Positions 1 through 13,084 of a stretch of DNA of 64,000 nt are shown here, piece by piece. The stretch lies in assembly GCA_964016885.1 (NCBI GenBank), contig OZ024744.1, forward strand, positions 106,206,001 to 106,270,000, written 5' to 3'. How positions within the stretch are numbered: position 1 is the first letter of the stretch; every line of letters begins with the position of its first letter. This DNA comes from Eledone cirrhosa. Lineage: Eukaryota. The notes beneath the pieces were generated by a model that saw only the letters and a list, made by a program, of their open reading frames with translations, made no database searches and had not been told where the DNA came from. Both the position numbers and the translations under genes were made by a program.

Positions 1-1797
1 GGTGTACTTAGTGTCACGAATGATCAGAAAAAGGAGGCCTGGAAATGTCATTATGAGAGACTGATGAATGTGGAGAACGAATGGGAGAAAGAGAAATTAC
101 CCTCAGTAGATCCAACAGAGGGGCCAGCTATTGAGATTGACGAATACAGGGTACAAGAGGCGATTAAGGAAATGAAAAATGGTAAGACTGCTGGACCGTC
201 GGGGATAGTTGCTGAGATGCTGAAGGCATCAGGGGACGTAGGCACTAAACTGGTTGCACGCATCATCAATCAGGCTATATATGGTGGTGTCATACCCAAA
301 GTATTCTCATAAATTGCTACAAAGGTAAAGGGGAAGCTCTGGAGGAGCAATTATAGGGGTATAAAACTGATGGATCAGGTTATGAAAGTGGCAGAAAGGA
401 TATTAGCACAACTAATTAGAGAAAGGGTCAAGCTAGATGAGATGCAGTTTGGTTTTGTGCCTGGGAAAGTACAACAGATGCTCTCTTCTTGGTGAGACAA
501 TTACAAGAGAGGTTCTTATAGAAGAATAAGCCACTACACTTAGCTTTTGTTGACCTAGAGAAGGCCTTTAATAGGGTACCCAATCTGTCATCTGGTGGTC
601 CATAAGGAAACTAGGTGTTGAGGAATGGCGTGTGAGGACAGTGCAAACTTTGTACAGAGGTGCTGTCAGTAAAGTGAGGGTAAGAATGGAGTTTAGTGAG
701 GAATTCCAGATACAAGTAGGAGTACATCAAGGTTCGGTCCTCAGCCCGCTCTTGTTCATTATAGTCCTCCAAGCCATAACAGAGGAGTTTAAGACTGGCT
801 GTCCATGGGAACTTCTCTATGCTGATGATTTGGTTCTTATAGCAGAATCAGTAGAGGAACTAGAGAATAAATTCTGGCTATGGAAACAGCAGTTGGAAGC
901 AAGAGGACTGAGAGTGAACCTAGTTAAGACAAAAGTGTTGATGAGTAGAAAAGAGGACAAAACTCTGATTCTATCAGGGAAATGGCCATGTTCGATAAGC
1001 AGAAAAGGAACTGGCATAAATTCTATAAAATGCACACCATGCAGATCCTGGGTACACAAGAGATGTAGTAGGATAGCAGGCAAACTAACAGGTTGGGAGA
1101 AATATGTATGCAGTAGATGTACAGGGAAATTAGACAGTAGAAGACGCATTGATAGACACATTTTTCAAATGCAGGCAAGTGCTATAGAAGTGGTGGATAG
1201 CTTCCGGTAGCTAGATCAGATTAGCATGGGCTGGGGGTGTTCCAAGGCCATAGTATCTAGAATAAGAACGGGCTAGAAGAAGTTTAGGGAGCTGCTTCCT
1301 CTGTTGACGAAGAAGGGTTTCTCCCTGCATACGAAAGGCCGGTTGTATGATGCCTGTGTGAGGAGCGCGATGCTGCATGGTAGTGAGACATGGGCAGCAA
1401 CTGCAGAGGATATGCGACGGCTGGAGAGAAATGAGGCAAGCATGCTCCGTTGGATGTGCAATGTCAATGTGCGGGAACGCCCCGCATGTATGTGTTGAGA
1501 GAGAAACTGTGTCTGAGAGGGATAGAATGTAGTGTGCGAGAGAGGAGACTGAGGTGGTATGGACATGTGATGCGCATGGAGGATGACCGATGGGTGAAGA
1601 AGTGCCAGGAAATGCCAGTTGAAGGAAGACGTGGTAGCGGTAGACCACGAAAAACATGGGCGGAGGTGGTGAGAACAGACCTCAGATCGCTGAAACTCAC
1701 GGTGGAGATGACGAAGGACCGTGACAAGTGGAGAGATGCTGAATAAGACCCGCCCCACCCTTGCGAGCAGGGAAGAGCGGACATAAAATGATGACGA
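1..1797 (+). mobile_element. Degraded RTE-clade LINE, RT region to 3' end (cut by window edge)
   Basis: Frameshifted ORF pieces with GVHQGSVLSPLLF, LLYADD and RLRWYGHVMRM, homologous to the intact element at 16.9-20.3 kb; ends in a short GAT-type tail. Confidence 0.93.
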
Positions 1798-2301
1798 TAT
1801 ATATATAATTTGTACTACAATATATATATATATATATATATATACATACAACACAAGAAAGTATATAAAATAAATGTAACAAATGACTTAAATTACCAAA
1901 ATAGAATATTTCATGTATTTATAATTTGAAGATAAACAATATTATACATAAAAGTAATTCCCCCTCTCTCTTTGTCTCTCTTTTTATCTCTCTCTCTCTC
2001 TCACTCTCTCTCACAAACACACACACACACTTACACATGCCCTCAGATACTCACACACATGCACACACACACACACTCTCCGACATCCACCTACACACTC
2101 ACACACACACACTCTCACACACCCTCGCACGCACACAGACTTAATCACAATCACACACACACTCATACACACACACACACGAACCCCCCCCACACACACT
2201 TACACACGTCTTCACAGTCACACACACACACACACCATTCCCCTGGCAGAATGTGACAAACATTAAACTTTCAGAAACACCATCTTTAAGTTAATGCCTA
2301 C

Positions 2302-2440
2302 CCCGGCAAGATCTTTCATTAATGTGACTGTCAAAAACATCTTTAGATATTGCCTGCTGGCAGCGTGGGCAGTTTCGGTAGTTGCCCGTAGCTTCACATT
2401 CGGTCAACAAGTGTCTCTTGTACACCGAGATTTCCAGAAC
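2302..2440 (-). CDS. CEP104: CEP104 exon 11 of window (Zn-finger region): VLEISVYKRHLLTECEATGNYRNCPRCQQAISKDVFDSHINERSCR
   Basis: cag acceptor, gtaggc donor, 139 bp, phase 0 to 1; resembles human CEP104 VVEISSLTEHLLTECD..C.RC (recalled from memory). Confidence 0.9.
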
Positions 2441-2496
2441 CTGCCAACAGAAAATTATTTAAATTTTAAATATATTTAGAGGTTATCTCACAATCA

Positions 2497-4670
2497 CGTT
2501 ATCTAATACATGGTAACAGATGTGGTGTTATCTAATACATGGGTAACATATGTGATGTTACCTAATGCATGGTGTCATATGTGATGTTATCTAATGCATG
2601 GTGACATATGTGGTGTTATCTAATACATGGGTAACATATGTGATGCTACCTAATGCATGGTAACATATATGATGTTATCTAATACATGGTAACAGATGTG
2701 GTGTTATCTAATACATGGGTAACATATGTGATGTTACCTAATGCATGGTGTCATATGTGATGTTATCTAATACATGGTAACAGATGTGGTGTTATCTAAT
2801 ACATGGGTAACATATGTGATGTTACCTAATGCATGGTGACATATGTGATGTTATCTAATACATGGGTAACATATGTGATGCTACCTAATGCATGGTGTCA
2901 TATGTGATGTTATCTAATACATGGTAACAGATGTGGTGTTATCTAATACATGGGTAACATATGTGATGTTACCTAATGCATGGTGACATATGTGATGTTA
3001 TCTAATACATGGGTAACATATGTGATGCTACCTAATGCATGGTGTCATATGTGATGTTATCTAATACATGGTAACAGATGTGGTGTTATCTAATACATGG
3101 GTAACATATGTGATGTTACCTAATGCATGGTGTCATATGTGATGTTATCTAATACATGGTAACAGATGTGGTGTTATCTAATACATGGGTAACATATGTG
3201 ATGTTACCTAATGCATGGTGTCATATGTGATGTTATCTAATACATGGTAACAGATGTGGTGTTATCTAATACATGGGTAACATATGTGATGTTACCTAAT
3301 GCATGGTGACATATGTGATGTTATCTAATACATGGGTAACATATGTGATGCTACCTAATGCATGGTAACATATATGATGTTATCTAATACATGGTAACAG
3401 ATGTGGTGTTATCTAATACATGGGTAACATATGTGATGTTACCTAATGCATGGTGTCATATGTGATGTTATCTAATACATGGTAACAGATGTGGTGTTAT
3501 CTAATACATGGGTAACATATGTGATGTTACCTAATGCATGGTGACATATGTGATGTTATCTAATACATGGTGACAGATGTGAGGTTATCTAATACATGGT
3601 GACAGATGTGGTGTTATCTAATACATGGTGACAGATGTGAGATTATCTAATACATGGTAACATATGTAATATCTAATACGTGGTAACCGATGTGATGTAA
3701 TATTATCTAATACATGGGAACATATGTGGTGTTATCTAATACATGGTTACAGATGTGAGGTTATCTAATAGATGGTGACATATGTGAGGTTATCTAATAC
3801 ATGGTGACAAATGTGAGGTTATCTAACACATGGTGATAGAAGAGATGTTATCTAATACATGGTAATATATGTGAGGTTATCTAATACATGGTAACATATG
3901 TGGTATCATCTAATACATGGTAACACATGTAATATTATCTAATACATGGTAACAAATGTGATGTAATATTATCTAATACATGGCAACAGATGTGATGTAA
4001 TATTATCTAATACATGGGAACAGATGTGATGTAATATTATCTAATACATGGGAACAGATACAGTGTTATCTAATACATGTTAACATGTGATGTTATCTAA
4101 TACATGGTGACAGATGTGAGGTTATCTAATACATGGTAACATATGTGATGTTATCTAATACATGGTAACATATGTGATGTTTTCAAATACATGGTAACAG
4201 ATGTGATGTAATATTATCTAATATGTGGTAACATATGTGATGTTATCTAATTTGTGGTGACAGATGTGATGTTATCTAATACATGATAACATGTGGTGTT
4301 ATCTAATGCATGGTAACAGATGTGATGTTATCTAATACATGGGAACAGATGTGGTGTTATCTAATACATGGTAACAGATGTGGTATCATCTAATACATGG
4401 TAACAGATGTGAGGTTATCTAATACATGGTAACAGATGTAATAGTATCTAATACATGGTGACATATGTGATGTTATCTAATACATGGTAACAGATGTAAT
4501 ATAATCTAATACATGGTAACAGATGTGAGGTTATCTAATACATGGTGACAGATGTAATAGTATCTAATACATGGTGACATATGTGATGTTATCTAATACA
4601 TGGTAACAGATGTAATATAATCTAATACATGGTAACAGATGTGAGGTTATCTAATACATGGTGACAGATG
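2497..4670. repeat. 29-30 bp minisatellite (gttatctaatacatggtaacagatgtgat) with about 88-bp trimeric higher-order units in its left half
   Basis: Direct reading of tandem units. Confidence 0.95.
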
Positions 4671-5239
4671 TCGTGTTTCCTTCATCTCCTTGTCCCATTT
4701 CATTTGGGGGCTTCAAGATCAAGGATATGATGTCCTCACTATTAAATGGAGCATCTTGGACAAAGCAACTCCTTATCAGCACAAAGGCCACAACTGTCTA
4801 CTCTGCCTCTGTGAGGGATTGCACACATTGCAACAGCCTGCAATGTCTATCAACAAGTTGATGTAATGTTTTGCTGTCACTAGAGAAGCATTCTGTAAGA
4901 CAACACTTCAAACCACCGACCCTGGATATCCCTTTAGACCACTTTGGCTCTACCTGGCTCATACACATGTGTGGGTCAAATAGCCTTTAACCTCAAGCTA
5001 GCATGTACACCATAAAAACACCTACATCATTCTGGCATTAACTTCAGATCCACTAAAAGGTCATCACAAACATCACTTGTACAGTCTATTGGTGACATCA
5101 AAGATACAAAGTAGATTTGCCAGACTCACTGATACCACCAGGGAACCTATATATTTGGCATTGCAAAAATACTTCAAAGTTAATTTCCCACTGTTAGTCA
5201 AGTGATGTCCCTGATTTACAAAGCAGTATTTGTTTAAAC

Positions 5240-5580
5240 TCTTTATGTTCTGAGTTCAAATCCTGCTGAGATCAACTTTGCCTTCCTAGCTCAATAAAAT
5301 AAGAGTACCAGTCAAGTACTGGGGTTAATTTAATCAATTTTCCTATCTCCTCCAAATTGTTTGCTTTGTGCAAAAACTAGAAACTATTATTACTGTAGGG
5401 GTTGGAAGTATCGGTAGAGGGTCGGACGCCATCCTTTGCAGAATAGAGTTAGGGTCTTTTATGGTCTGAGTTCAAATCACACCGAGGTTAACTTTGCTTT
5501 TTATCCTCACGATAAAATAAAGTACCAGTAATACACTGGGATAATTGTTGGTCTTGTGCCAAAAGTAGAAACAATTATTA
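5240..5580 (+). mobile_element. Two tRNA-derived SINE copies (Meta-like core), the first partial
   Basis: B box gagttcaaat and core ...gataaaataaagtaccag shared with the copies at 12.9, 14.5, 38.8 and 59.6 kb. Confidence 0.75.
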
Positions 5581-5758
5581 AGTTGGTGTTTGGAACATAA
5601 CAAAACAAAGGTTCTTACATGAAATTATAATGGAAAGTTTTTAGATAAATATAAACACTTTAAAACAAACAGTTCAGTATTATAGAATCAAGGGTGGTTT
5701 CAGGTGGTCTCAAAGGGGTTAAAGAACTTGCAATAAAGTTTGAAAATACTACACATAC

Positions 5759-5867
5759 CTGCTTACAGTGAGGACATTGTTTTAACATACGACAATATTT
5801 CCAGTAGTGAAGGTCAAGGCCATTCTCAGCAAATGATCTGTCTTTCTCACCACAAAATATACAAATA
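5759..5867 (-). CDS. CEP104: CEP104 exon 10 of window: (Y)ICIFCGEKDRSFAENGLDLHYWKYCRMLKQCPHCKQ
   Basis: cag/gtatgt splice sites, 109 bp, phase 2 to 0; hallmark CEP104 motif CIFCGE..F.E.GLDLHYWK.C.ML..C.HCKQ. Confidence 0.96.
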
Positions 5868-6234
5868 CTGTTGAAAGAAATAAAAACATGTGAAAAGAAA
5901 TGGTAGAAGAAGCGGTAGAGTATCTAACTAAATGATGGACATTATATATAGTTATTTCTCTATTCTGAATTCTTAACCTGAGTAGAGGAAAGGAAAAAAT
6001 CAAAATGATTAAATATACTATTTCAGTCCTTGATTTGTGTGTGTGTGTGTGTGTATTGACATGGCAAAAGACATCCAGTCCATCCTGAAGGGTGGACAGC
6101 ATTAGGAACGGTATTCACCCATGGAAAACAGAGCCCAAAGTGGATCATATGAACAAGATGTGGTCACCTGACCTGTCAGGCCTCATGACATGACAACCCA
6201 TCTAACCTACTTAAGCAACAAAAATAGGCATTGA

Positions 6235-6562
6235 ATAAGCAACTTCCCACAGGTACAAGCCGAATCTGGAGCATATAGACAATGTACCTCCACCCTCCCT
6301 CCCACTGTAAAGTTGTCGTGGAGGTGTCACGACAAAAAAGCACCCAGTTCACACTGTAAAGTGGTCGTGTAGGCGCCACGGTAAAAAAGCACCCAGTACT
6401 AACTGTAAATGAGGTTGGTGTTTGGAAGGACATCCAGCTGTAGAAATCAAGTTAAATCAGTTCCCGTATGAGCAAGACATGGTCACCTGGCATTGCCCAC
6501 AACAGGACAACCCGTCTAGCCCATGCTAGCATGGAAGAATGGACGTAAAACAGCGATGATGA
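6235..6562 (+). mobile_element. RTE 3'-UTR-derived short element or 5'-truncated RTE copy
   Basis: Shares ctgtaaatgaggttggtgtt..gaagg.catccagctgtaga and a GAT tail with the 3' UTR of the intact RTE. Confidence 0.8.
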
Positions 6563-6796
6563 TTATATACATATAATTGAATAAAGTAATAGAAGGCCGG
6601 AAAGTTAAAATTCCTTTAAAGTTTTTACTTTTGCAGACACTATAGAATTCCAGTAGAATTCCAGCGACATCGTCAGGTGTATTGCATAACAGTTATAAAG
6701 TAATCATGGTAAACACAAGCTGGGTACACGGAGACAAAAATAAAAACATACAGTTGGTTAGATTAACTGCCTCTGAACTTCAATGTGTATATATAT

Positions 6797-7010
6797 ATAG
6801 GAACAAGTATGACCCCGACGGTAGAGCTCAAGCCGTTTCGACGGCTAATTCTGGACTGTCCAGAATTAGCCATCCAGAATTAGCCACCGAAACGGCTTGA
6901 GCTCTGCCGTTGGGGTTATACTTGTTCCTATTACCCACTCTACTACCTTAAGTATTGAGTACTTTGGTGCATTATGGTCCATCTGGTTCCTTACCACATT
7001 TCCTTCGTTA
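6797..7010. mobile_element. Family D foldback element with the 3' half of a hammerhead (GAAA-CGGC..GCCG-TC) and a tail, between TA tracts
   Basis: Inverted arms; same sequence recurs at 45.2-45.5 kb and 46.2 kb. Confidence 0.7.
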
Positions 7011-7187
7011 TATATATATGTTTTATATATATATATATATATGTTTTATATATATATACTCATCATCATCATCATCATTAAATCATCGTTTAAAGTCTAT
7101 CTTCCACGCTAGCATGGGTTAGACGGTTTTGTTCCATTTGACAAGGGATTGGTCAGGAGAACATGTCTCGCTTGCACAGAACTGTCT

Positions 7188-7680
7188 CATCATCATCATC
7201 ATCATCATCATCAACGTTTAACGTCCGTGTTCCACGCTTGCATGGGTTTGGACGGGGGTTTTCCCACTTGAGGCAAGAGTGATTGTCTTGCTCGCATAGG
7301 ACTGTCTCGCAGGTTTTCTACAGCTGGATGCCCTTCCTAACACCAACCACATTTACAGTGTGGGTCTGGGAGGTTTTTACCGTGTTGCCTACACGGCCCC
7401 ATTACAGCGTGGACTGTCTGGCGGGTTTTCTACAGCTGGATGCCCTTCCTAACACCAACCACATTTACAGTGTGGGTCTGGGAGGTTTTTACCGTGTTAC
7501 CTACACGGCCACATTACAGCGTGGACTGTGTGTTTTTTTTTTTTTCGTGACACCTACACGACCTCATTTGTTTCGGCCTGGATGGCGCGGCACCAACATA
7601 ACTTTACATTGAAAGGGGCGGTGTGGATGGGGTGGGGGTGGTGGGACGGGGGTGTATTTTGTTAGAGATGCCTACTGACT
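7188..7680 (-). mobile_element. 5'-truncated copy of the intact RTE (3' UTR with internal duplication)
   Basis: Nearly identical to 16581-16950. Confidence 0.88.
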
Positions 7681-7970
7681 GTAGTAGGTTTTACTTTGTA
7701 TTTAGGTAAGGCGGCTCTGGCAGGTTTTCTATGGCTGGATGCCCTTCCTAACACCAACCACATTTACAGTGTGGACTGGGACCCTTTTTACATGACCACT
7801 TTACAGTGGATGACAGTGGGAGGATGGGGTGGGGTGGTGGTGGTGGGGGGGGGTACCTACTGACTGTAGGTTTAAGTTTGTATGTAAGGGAAGGTGGGTT
7901 TTCTGTATAACTTCATAGCGCCAAACATCTCGATCCAGTCAGATTGTGTAAGTGAGCAAGGTCAGTTTTT

Positions 7971-8120
<150 letters not shown>

Positions 8121-8725
8121 AGGTCACCAGTTGGTGCTACTGGTAACATGTATCCCAGTACAACCTGTCTCATGGTCGGGTCGTTGGCGACTAAACTGGC
8201 AACCCCACCAAGGTTTCTTGGTGAGGAGGGTGACTTTGGACATCCTGCAGGACTAAAAACAAAACCTGTCAAAGGGCAAGGAAGCTCTTAAGACTCAATA
8301 GCCATCCAAAATCACCGGGAGAGATGACCCCTTAGCCTTTGTCAAGGCAGAATTCTAGGAGAAGGAAAACTCTGATATAACACCTGCAACCCTGATGGTA
8401 TCCAATGATGTTGACTTGTTCTTCTTTTTGGTAAATATCATCTTGGTTAAGAGAGTGGGACTGGCTTTGTGCAGTGCCTTTGCTCACTATAAAAGCTTCA
8501 CAGCACAGGCATTGCTTTATATCTGGAGATCTCTCTGCACTTGTCATCACATGGTACCATGGGCCCTGCACTATGTGTCAATAATGGTCACAAGTGTAGT
8601 CTTTGTACCAGAGTTTTCAAGTCGTTGGCTGGACTAAAAAGTCACATTCTTTCAGCGCATCGGTAGGGGTTCTCCTACATGGATATAAAGTAGTGGCCGT
8701 ACTCGAAAACGAGTTGGCAGCCACC

Positions 8726-8811
<86 letters not shown>

Positions 8812-8812
8812 G

Positions 8813-8846
<34 letters not shown>

Positions 8847-9021
8847 TATATGTATATATATATATATATATGTATATATATGTATATATATATATGTAGG
8901 AGGTGAGTTTTATTGTAGTACAATAAAGCAATGCAGATATCGGATAAGAAGCACTCTACAGTTTGTAGGACTGGAGTATACATAATATATAAGAACAAAA
9001 GATGGTTAAAGGAGTTCCATA

Positions 9022-9092
9022 TATTTTATTATGCGCATTTCAAAAACAAACATCATCATGCAATAATATTTGTGTTTTCATCAGATAAAACA
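9022..9092 (-). ncRNA. Type-I hammerhead ribozyme, family A
   Basis: Reverse-complement copy of the 9168-9238 motif. Confidence 0.8.
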
Positions 9093-9167
9093 GGAGAACA
9101 TGATATGAAGGCTAAAAAAACACTGCACTATCCACAAGTGTTCTTTAGCCTTCATATCATGTTCTCC

Positions 9168-9238
9168 TGTTTTATCTGATGAAAACACAAATATTATTGC
9201 ATGATGATGTTTGTTTTTGAAATGCGCATAATAAAATA
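9168..9238 (+). ncRNA. Type-I hammerhead ribozyme, family A
   Basis: TGTTTTAT-CTGATGA-stem II-GAAA-TGCGCA-TA^ATAAAATA; 8-bp stem I, palindromic stem III. Confidence 0.82.
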
Positions 9239-9426
9239 CATGGAACTCCTTTAACCATCTTTTGATCTTATATTATATATATATGTATATATATATATAT
9301 ATATAAAAACTTAAAAACTTAAAACCACAACTGAATACTAACCCATACAATCACTAATACTCTTTTATTCCTAATTAAACCATTTTTCAACTGTGAACAA
9401 TTTGTCAGCATTTTCTATTCCGTTTA

Positions 9427-9481
<55 letters not shown>

Positions 9482-9483
<2 letters not shown>

Positions 9484-9657
9484 GTTATTCCGGGTTGAAT
9501 CGGAGGTAACCACAGTAAGTAAGGTACTCAATACATAGCAGAGTATAACAGTTTTAATATAGATGAGATTCTACAGGACTAGAACTGTTTCATTCATCAG
9601 AAAGAGATTCCTGATGATTTCTAATGAATGAAACAGTTCTAGTCCTGTAGAATCTCA

Positions 9658-9668
<11 letters not shown>
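9482..9668. mobile_element. Family E short foldback with degenerate hammerhead core and tail hairpin
   Basis: Arms about 9557-9603 and 9618-9666; CTGATGA..GAAACAGTTCTAGTC; tail tactc..tattgagta on the minus strand. Confidence 0.6.
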
Positions 9669-9688
<20 letters not shown>

Positions 9689-9801
9689 CAGGGTGCGGAC
9701 GATATTTGTTCGCAAGATTACTGTCTAGGAAAAAGTAACGCAGTAGTTTTATTTATACATACATACACACACACATATATATATATATATATGTATGTAT
9801 G

Positions 9802-9832
<31 letters not shown>

Positions 9833-9861
9833 ATGTATGTATATGTGTGTGTGTGTTTATG

Positions 9862-9896
<35 letters not shown>

Positions 9897-10036
9897 ATGT
9901 ATAAAAAATATGTGTGTGTGTGTGTATGTATATGTGTGTGTGTGTTTGTTTATGTATATATATATATGTGTGTGTGTGTATGTATATATATGTGTGTGTG
10001 TGTGTGTATGTATATATATGTGTGTGTGTGTTTATG

Positions 10037-10071
<35 letters not shown>

Positions 10072-10074
10072 ATG

Positions 10075-10105
<31 letters not shown>

Positions 10106-10134
10106 ATGTATATATATGTGTGTGTGTGTTTATG

Positions 10135-10169
<35 letters not shown>

Positions 10170-11087
10170 ATGTATATATATATGTGTGTGTGTGTGTATG
10201 TATATATATATGTATATGGTGCGGACGATATTTGTTCGCAAGACTTGTCTAGAAAAAGGTAATACAGTAGTTTTATTTTTTAAGATATATTTATCAAACT
10301 TGGGTCAGTTTGTCTTCATGACTTGTTCTTTCGATCTCATTCGATAAACCCGCCATTGGCTTCGATGACGGCCTCAAGGCGGTCTCGGAACCGGCTACAG
10401 GCCTTCGTCACTGTCCCCCGACTTAGGCCCCTAAAGGCACTTGTGATCCTGGCCTTCAGATCGCCTTTTGTATTGCAGCTAGATCTGTTGGTATCTCGTT
10501 CCACTGTGCCCCACACAAAGAAGTCGAGGGGGTTGCAGTCAGGCGAGCTGGGATGCCAGATGTCAGATGATGTGTGGTCGATGAAGTTCTCTGACAGCCA
10601 GGCTTGGGTCTTTCAGCTGGTATGGCAGGGCGCTGAGTCTTGCTGCCACACGTACAGCCTACCTGCAGCTACCTGGTCGATCCAGGGCTTTACTACCTCG
10701 CTCAGAACGCGGATGAAGCCATCGGTGGTCAGCTTGAGGCCCTCAGAGAAGAAGTGAGATGGCATGACGACACCTAAGACCAATGTTATTGCTGGAAACT
10801 TTGTCTGCATGACTCTGGGCACGTCTTTGGATGAGACAGCGAGCCACCTGTTGTTCTGGGAGTTGATCTTCTGGTCTTTATTTGTCCCCCCGAAGCGGAT
10901 TCCAAGAAGAACTCCGTGTCTCTTCCACACATTTGGAGGTTCAAAATTATTCATAATCAATTATTCTGAAAATAAATAATGGAAATATAGTCACTGTTTT
11001 TATGAAGACAAGAGTGACAATGGAAGTAAAAAAAATTTGCATAAAATTAGCAGTTGAAAATTGCGAACAAATATCGTCCACACCCTG
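9689..11087 (-). mobile_element. Defective Tc1/mariner-superfamily maT (DD37D) transposon
   Basis: TIRs cagggtg(c/t)ggacgatatttgttcgcaa flanked by TA; transposase remnant WQQD-37 aa-D (SPDCNPLD) with an internal stop; left end duplicated at about 10218. Confidence 0.88.
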
Positions 11088-11289
11088 TATGTATATATGA
11101 TAAAAACTGACCTTGCTCATATATATATACAAAAGGTAAACAGAAATAACAAAGCATACAACAAGTACAATTATGTGAAAGAGTTGATATGCCACAGGCA
11201 AACGTTCCCAATTTGCAAAAGTCCTGTAAACATATGGTTTTAACATGAAGATCAACAGAGAGAACCTCAGTACTGAACTGGTATTTTAT

Positions 11290-11912
11290 GTCATCATCAT
11301 CACCGTTTTACGTCTGTTCTTCCACGCTAGCATGGGTTAGACGGGTTGTCCTGTTGTGGGCAGTGTTTGGTCGGCTGACCATGCCTTGCTCATACAGGAA
11401 CTGATTTGGCTGGATTTCTACAGCTGGATGCCCTTCCTAACACCAACCTCATTTACAGTGAGTGCTGGGTGCGTTTTCGTGGCGCCTACACGTCCACTTT
11501 ACAGTGTGGGCTGGGTGCTTTTTTGCCGTGGCACCTCCACGACCACCTTGCGGTGGGGGGAGTGGGGGCATATTGTTTATATGCTTCAGCATGTACCCAT
11601 GGGAGGTCGGGTACCCTGTATTACTGCGTGACGCCAGTGGTCACGGTCTTGTGTCATTGACTTTGAGAGGTGTAGTTGGGTAAGGTCGGCTTTTATCACC
11701 TCATCCCAAGTCATCTTGGGTCTCCCCACTCCGCGGTTTCCATCAACTTCTAGTGCTCTGCACCTTTTTATGCAGCTGTCATCCTTCATACGCATCACAT
11801 GTCCATACCAGCGTAACCGCCTCTCCTGCACGCAGCATTTGATTCCTCTTATGCTCAGTCTCTCTCTCAATTCCTTTATGCTTTGTCGTTCACGTATATT
11901 ACTGTTACACAT
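11290..11912 (-). mobile_element. 5'-truncated RTE LINE (ORF C-terminus plus 3' UTR)
   Basis: CNSNIRERQS..RLRWYGHVMRM; GAT tail. Confidence 0.9.
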
Positions 11913-12194
11913 GTATCAACCTCAAAATGATATGTCAGTAATTAATGTCAGAAGTGATGTAGATATCACTTGTTTACAATAATATATTACCTCCTAGGAC
12001 ACTGACCTCTGGTGCTGTGCAGTTTTACGGAAGACCCGCCCTCTATTGTTCTCGGGATGAGGCTTATACCTAGTAGGCAGTACCTTCCTCAACCTGCTAT
12101 CCCCTCTCATTCACCTCCCTCAGCGGTAACCATATCTCCCCTACTACCCTGACCACATCTTTTTCCACCAATCCCCTCCACCCTCCCTTACTCC

Positions 12195-12460
12195 CCACTG
12201 TGTTGTGTCGGTGACACAACAAAGGTGCCCAGTCCACACTGTAAAGTGATCATGTAGGTGTCACGACAAAAAGCACCCAGCCCGCACTGTAAATGTGGTT
12301 GGCGTTAGGAAGGGCATCCAGCCGTAGAAAACCAGCCAGAAACTCTCCTATATGAGTGAGACATGGTCACCCGACGCAACTTGCCTCTAGTTGGGACAAA
12401 CCTGTCCAACCCATGCTAGTGTGGAAAATAGACGTTAATCGACGATGATGATGATGATCA
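12195..12460 (+). mobile_element. RTE 3'-UTR-type element ending in (GAT)n, followed by an inverted copy of its end
   Basis: Core gttaggaagggcatccagc; palindrome at 12422-12493. Confidence 0.7.
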
Positions 12461-12630
12461 TCATCATTATCGTCGATTAACGTCTATTTTCCAAACAACA
12501 CATCACATCGATTAACATCTATTGCCAAACATCACATCACGTCGATTAATGTCTATTGCCAAACATCACATGTAGATTTGCAGAAATGTCTTGCTTATTC
12601 TAGCCAAAAGAAAAAAAAAAATGTACATAC

Positions 12631-12788
12631 TAATCTATATCTTCTGGAATTGTTTTTTCAGTTGGCACTGGGATTTGTGGAAATTTCTTCTTGATATTCT
12701 TAGATTCTGGGCGTTTTTTTGAAGTTTGGTTGTCCTTTGGCACAAAATTAATGTGAATATTTATGTCACCCACAGGTTTAGATATTGT
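12631..12788 (-). CDS. CEP104: CEP104 exon 9 of window (linker): TISKPVGDINIHINFVPKDNQTSKKRPESKNIKKKFPQIPVPTEKTIPEDID
   Basis: ttttcag/gtatgt splice sites, 158 bp open, phase 0 to 2 matches the next exon; poorly conserved region. Confidence 0.75.
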
Positions 12789-12877
12789 CTGAAAATAAAA
12801 ATATATTGGAGCATAAAAGTTTTAAAGAAACATCAATTTGATCTAAATTCTCTGACTATAAGGTATGATTATAAGTA

Positions 12878-13065
12878 GGCGGTGGATTGGCAGTATCGGT
12901 AGAGGGTCGGACGCCATGCTTTGACGCATAGAGTTACGGCCCTTGCCATTCTGAGTTCAAATGCCGCCGAGGTTTACTTTGCCTTTCATCCTTACGGGGT
13001 CGATAAAATAAAGTACCAGTAATGCACTGGGGTAATTGCTGGCCTTGTGCCAAAAGTAGAAACAA
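12878..13065 (+). mobile_element. tRNA-derived SINE (Meta-like core) with TSD atgattataagtag
   Basis: A box tggcagtatcgg, B box gagttcaaat, flanking direct repeat. Confidence 0.88.
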
Positions 13066-13084
13066 TGATTATAAGTAGTTTTAT

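Larger units (their letters stand above)
8896..9277. mobile_element. Family A hammerhead foldback element (arms about 8983-9123 and 9137-9277; tail on left arm) in (TA)n
   Basis: About 140-bp near-perfect inverted repeat; tail ends aataaaactcacc/ttcctaca as at 37.58 and 49.43 kb. Confidence 0.85.

Noticed and set aside
4670-5200. Coding-like unique stretch
   Set aside because: Could not be assigned; not needed for the CEP104 reading frame; probably an old TE fragment
12878-12972. SINE heads as tRNA genes
   Set aside because: Only A and B boxes are present; followed by SINE core and TSDs, with no clean cloverleaf
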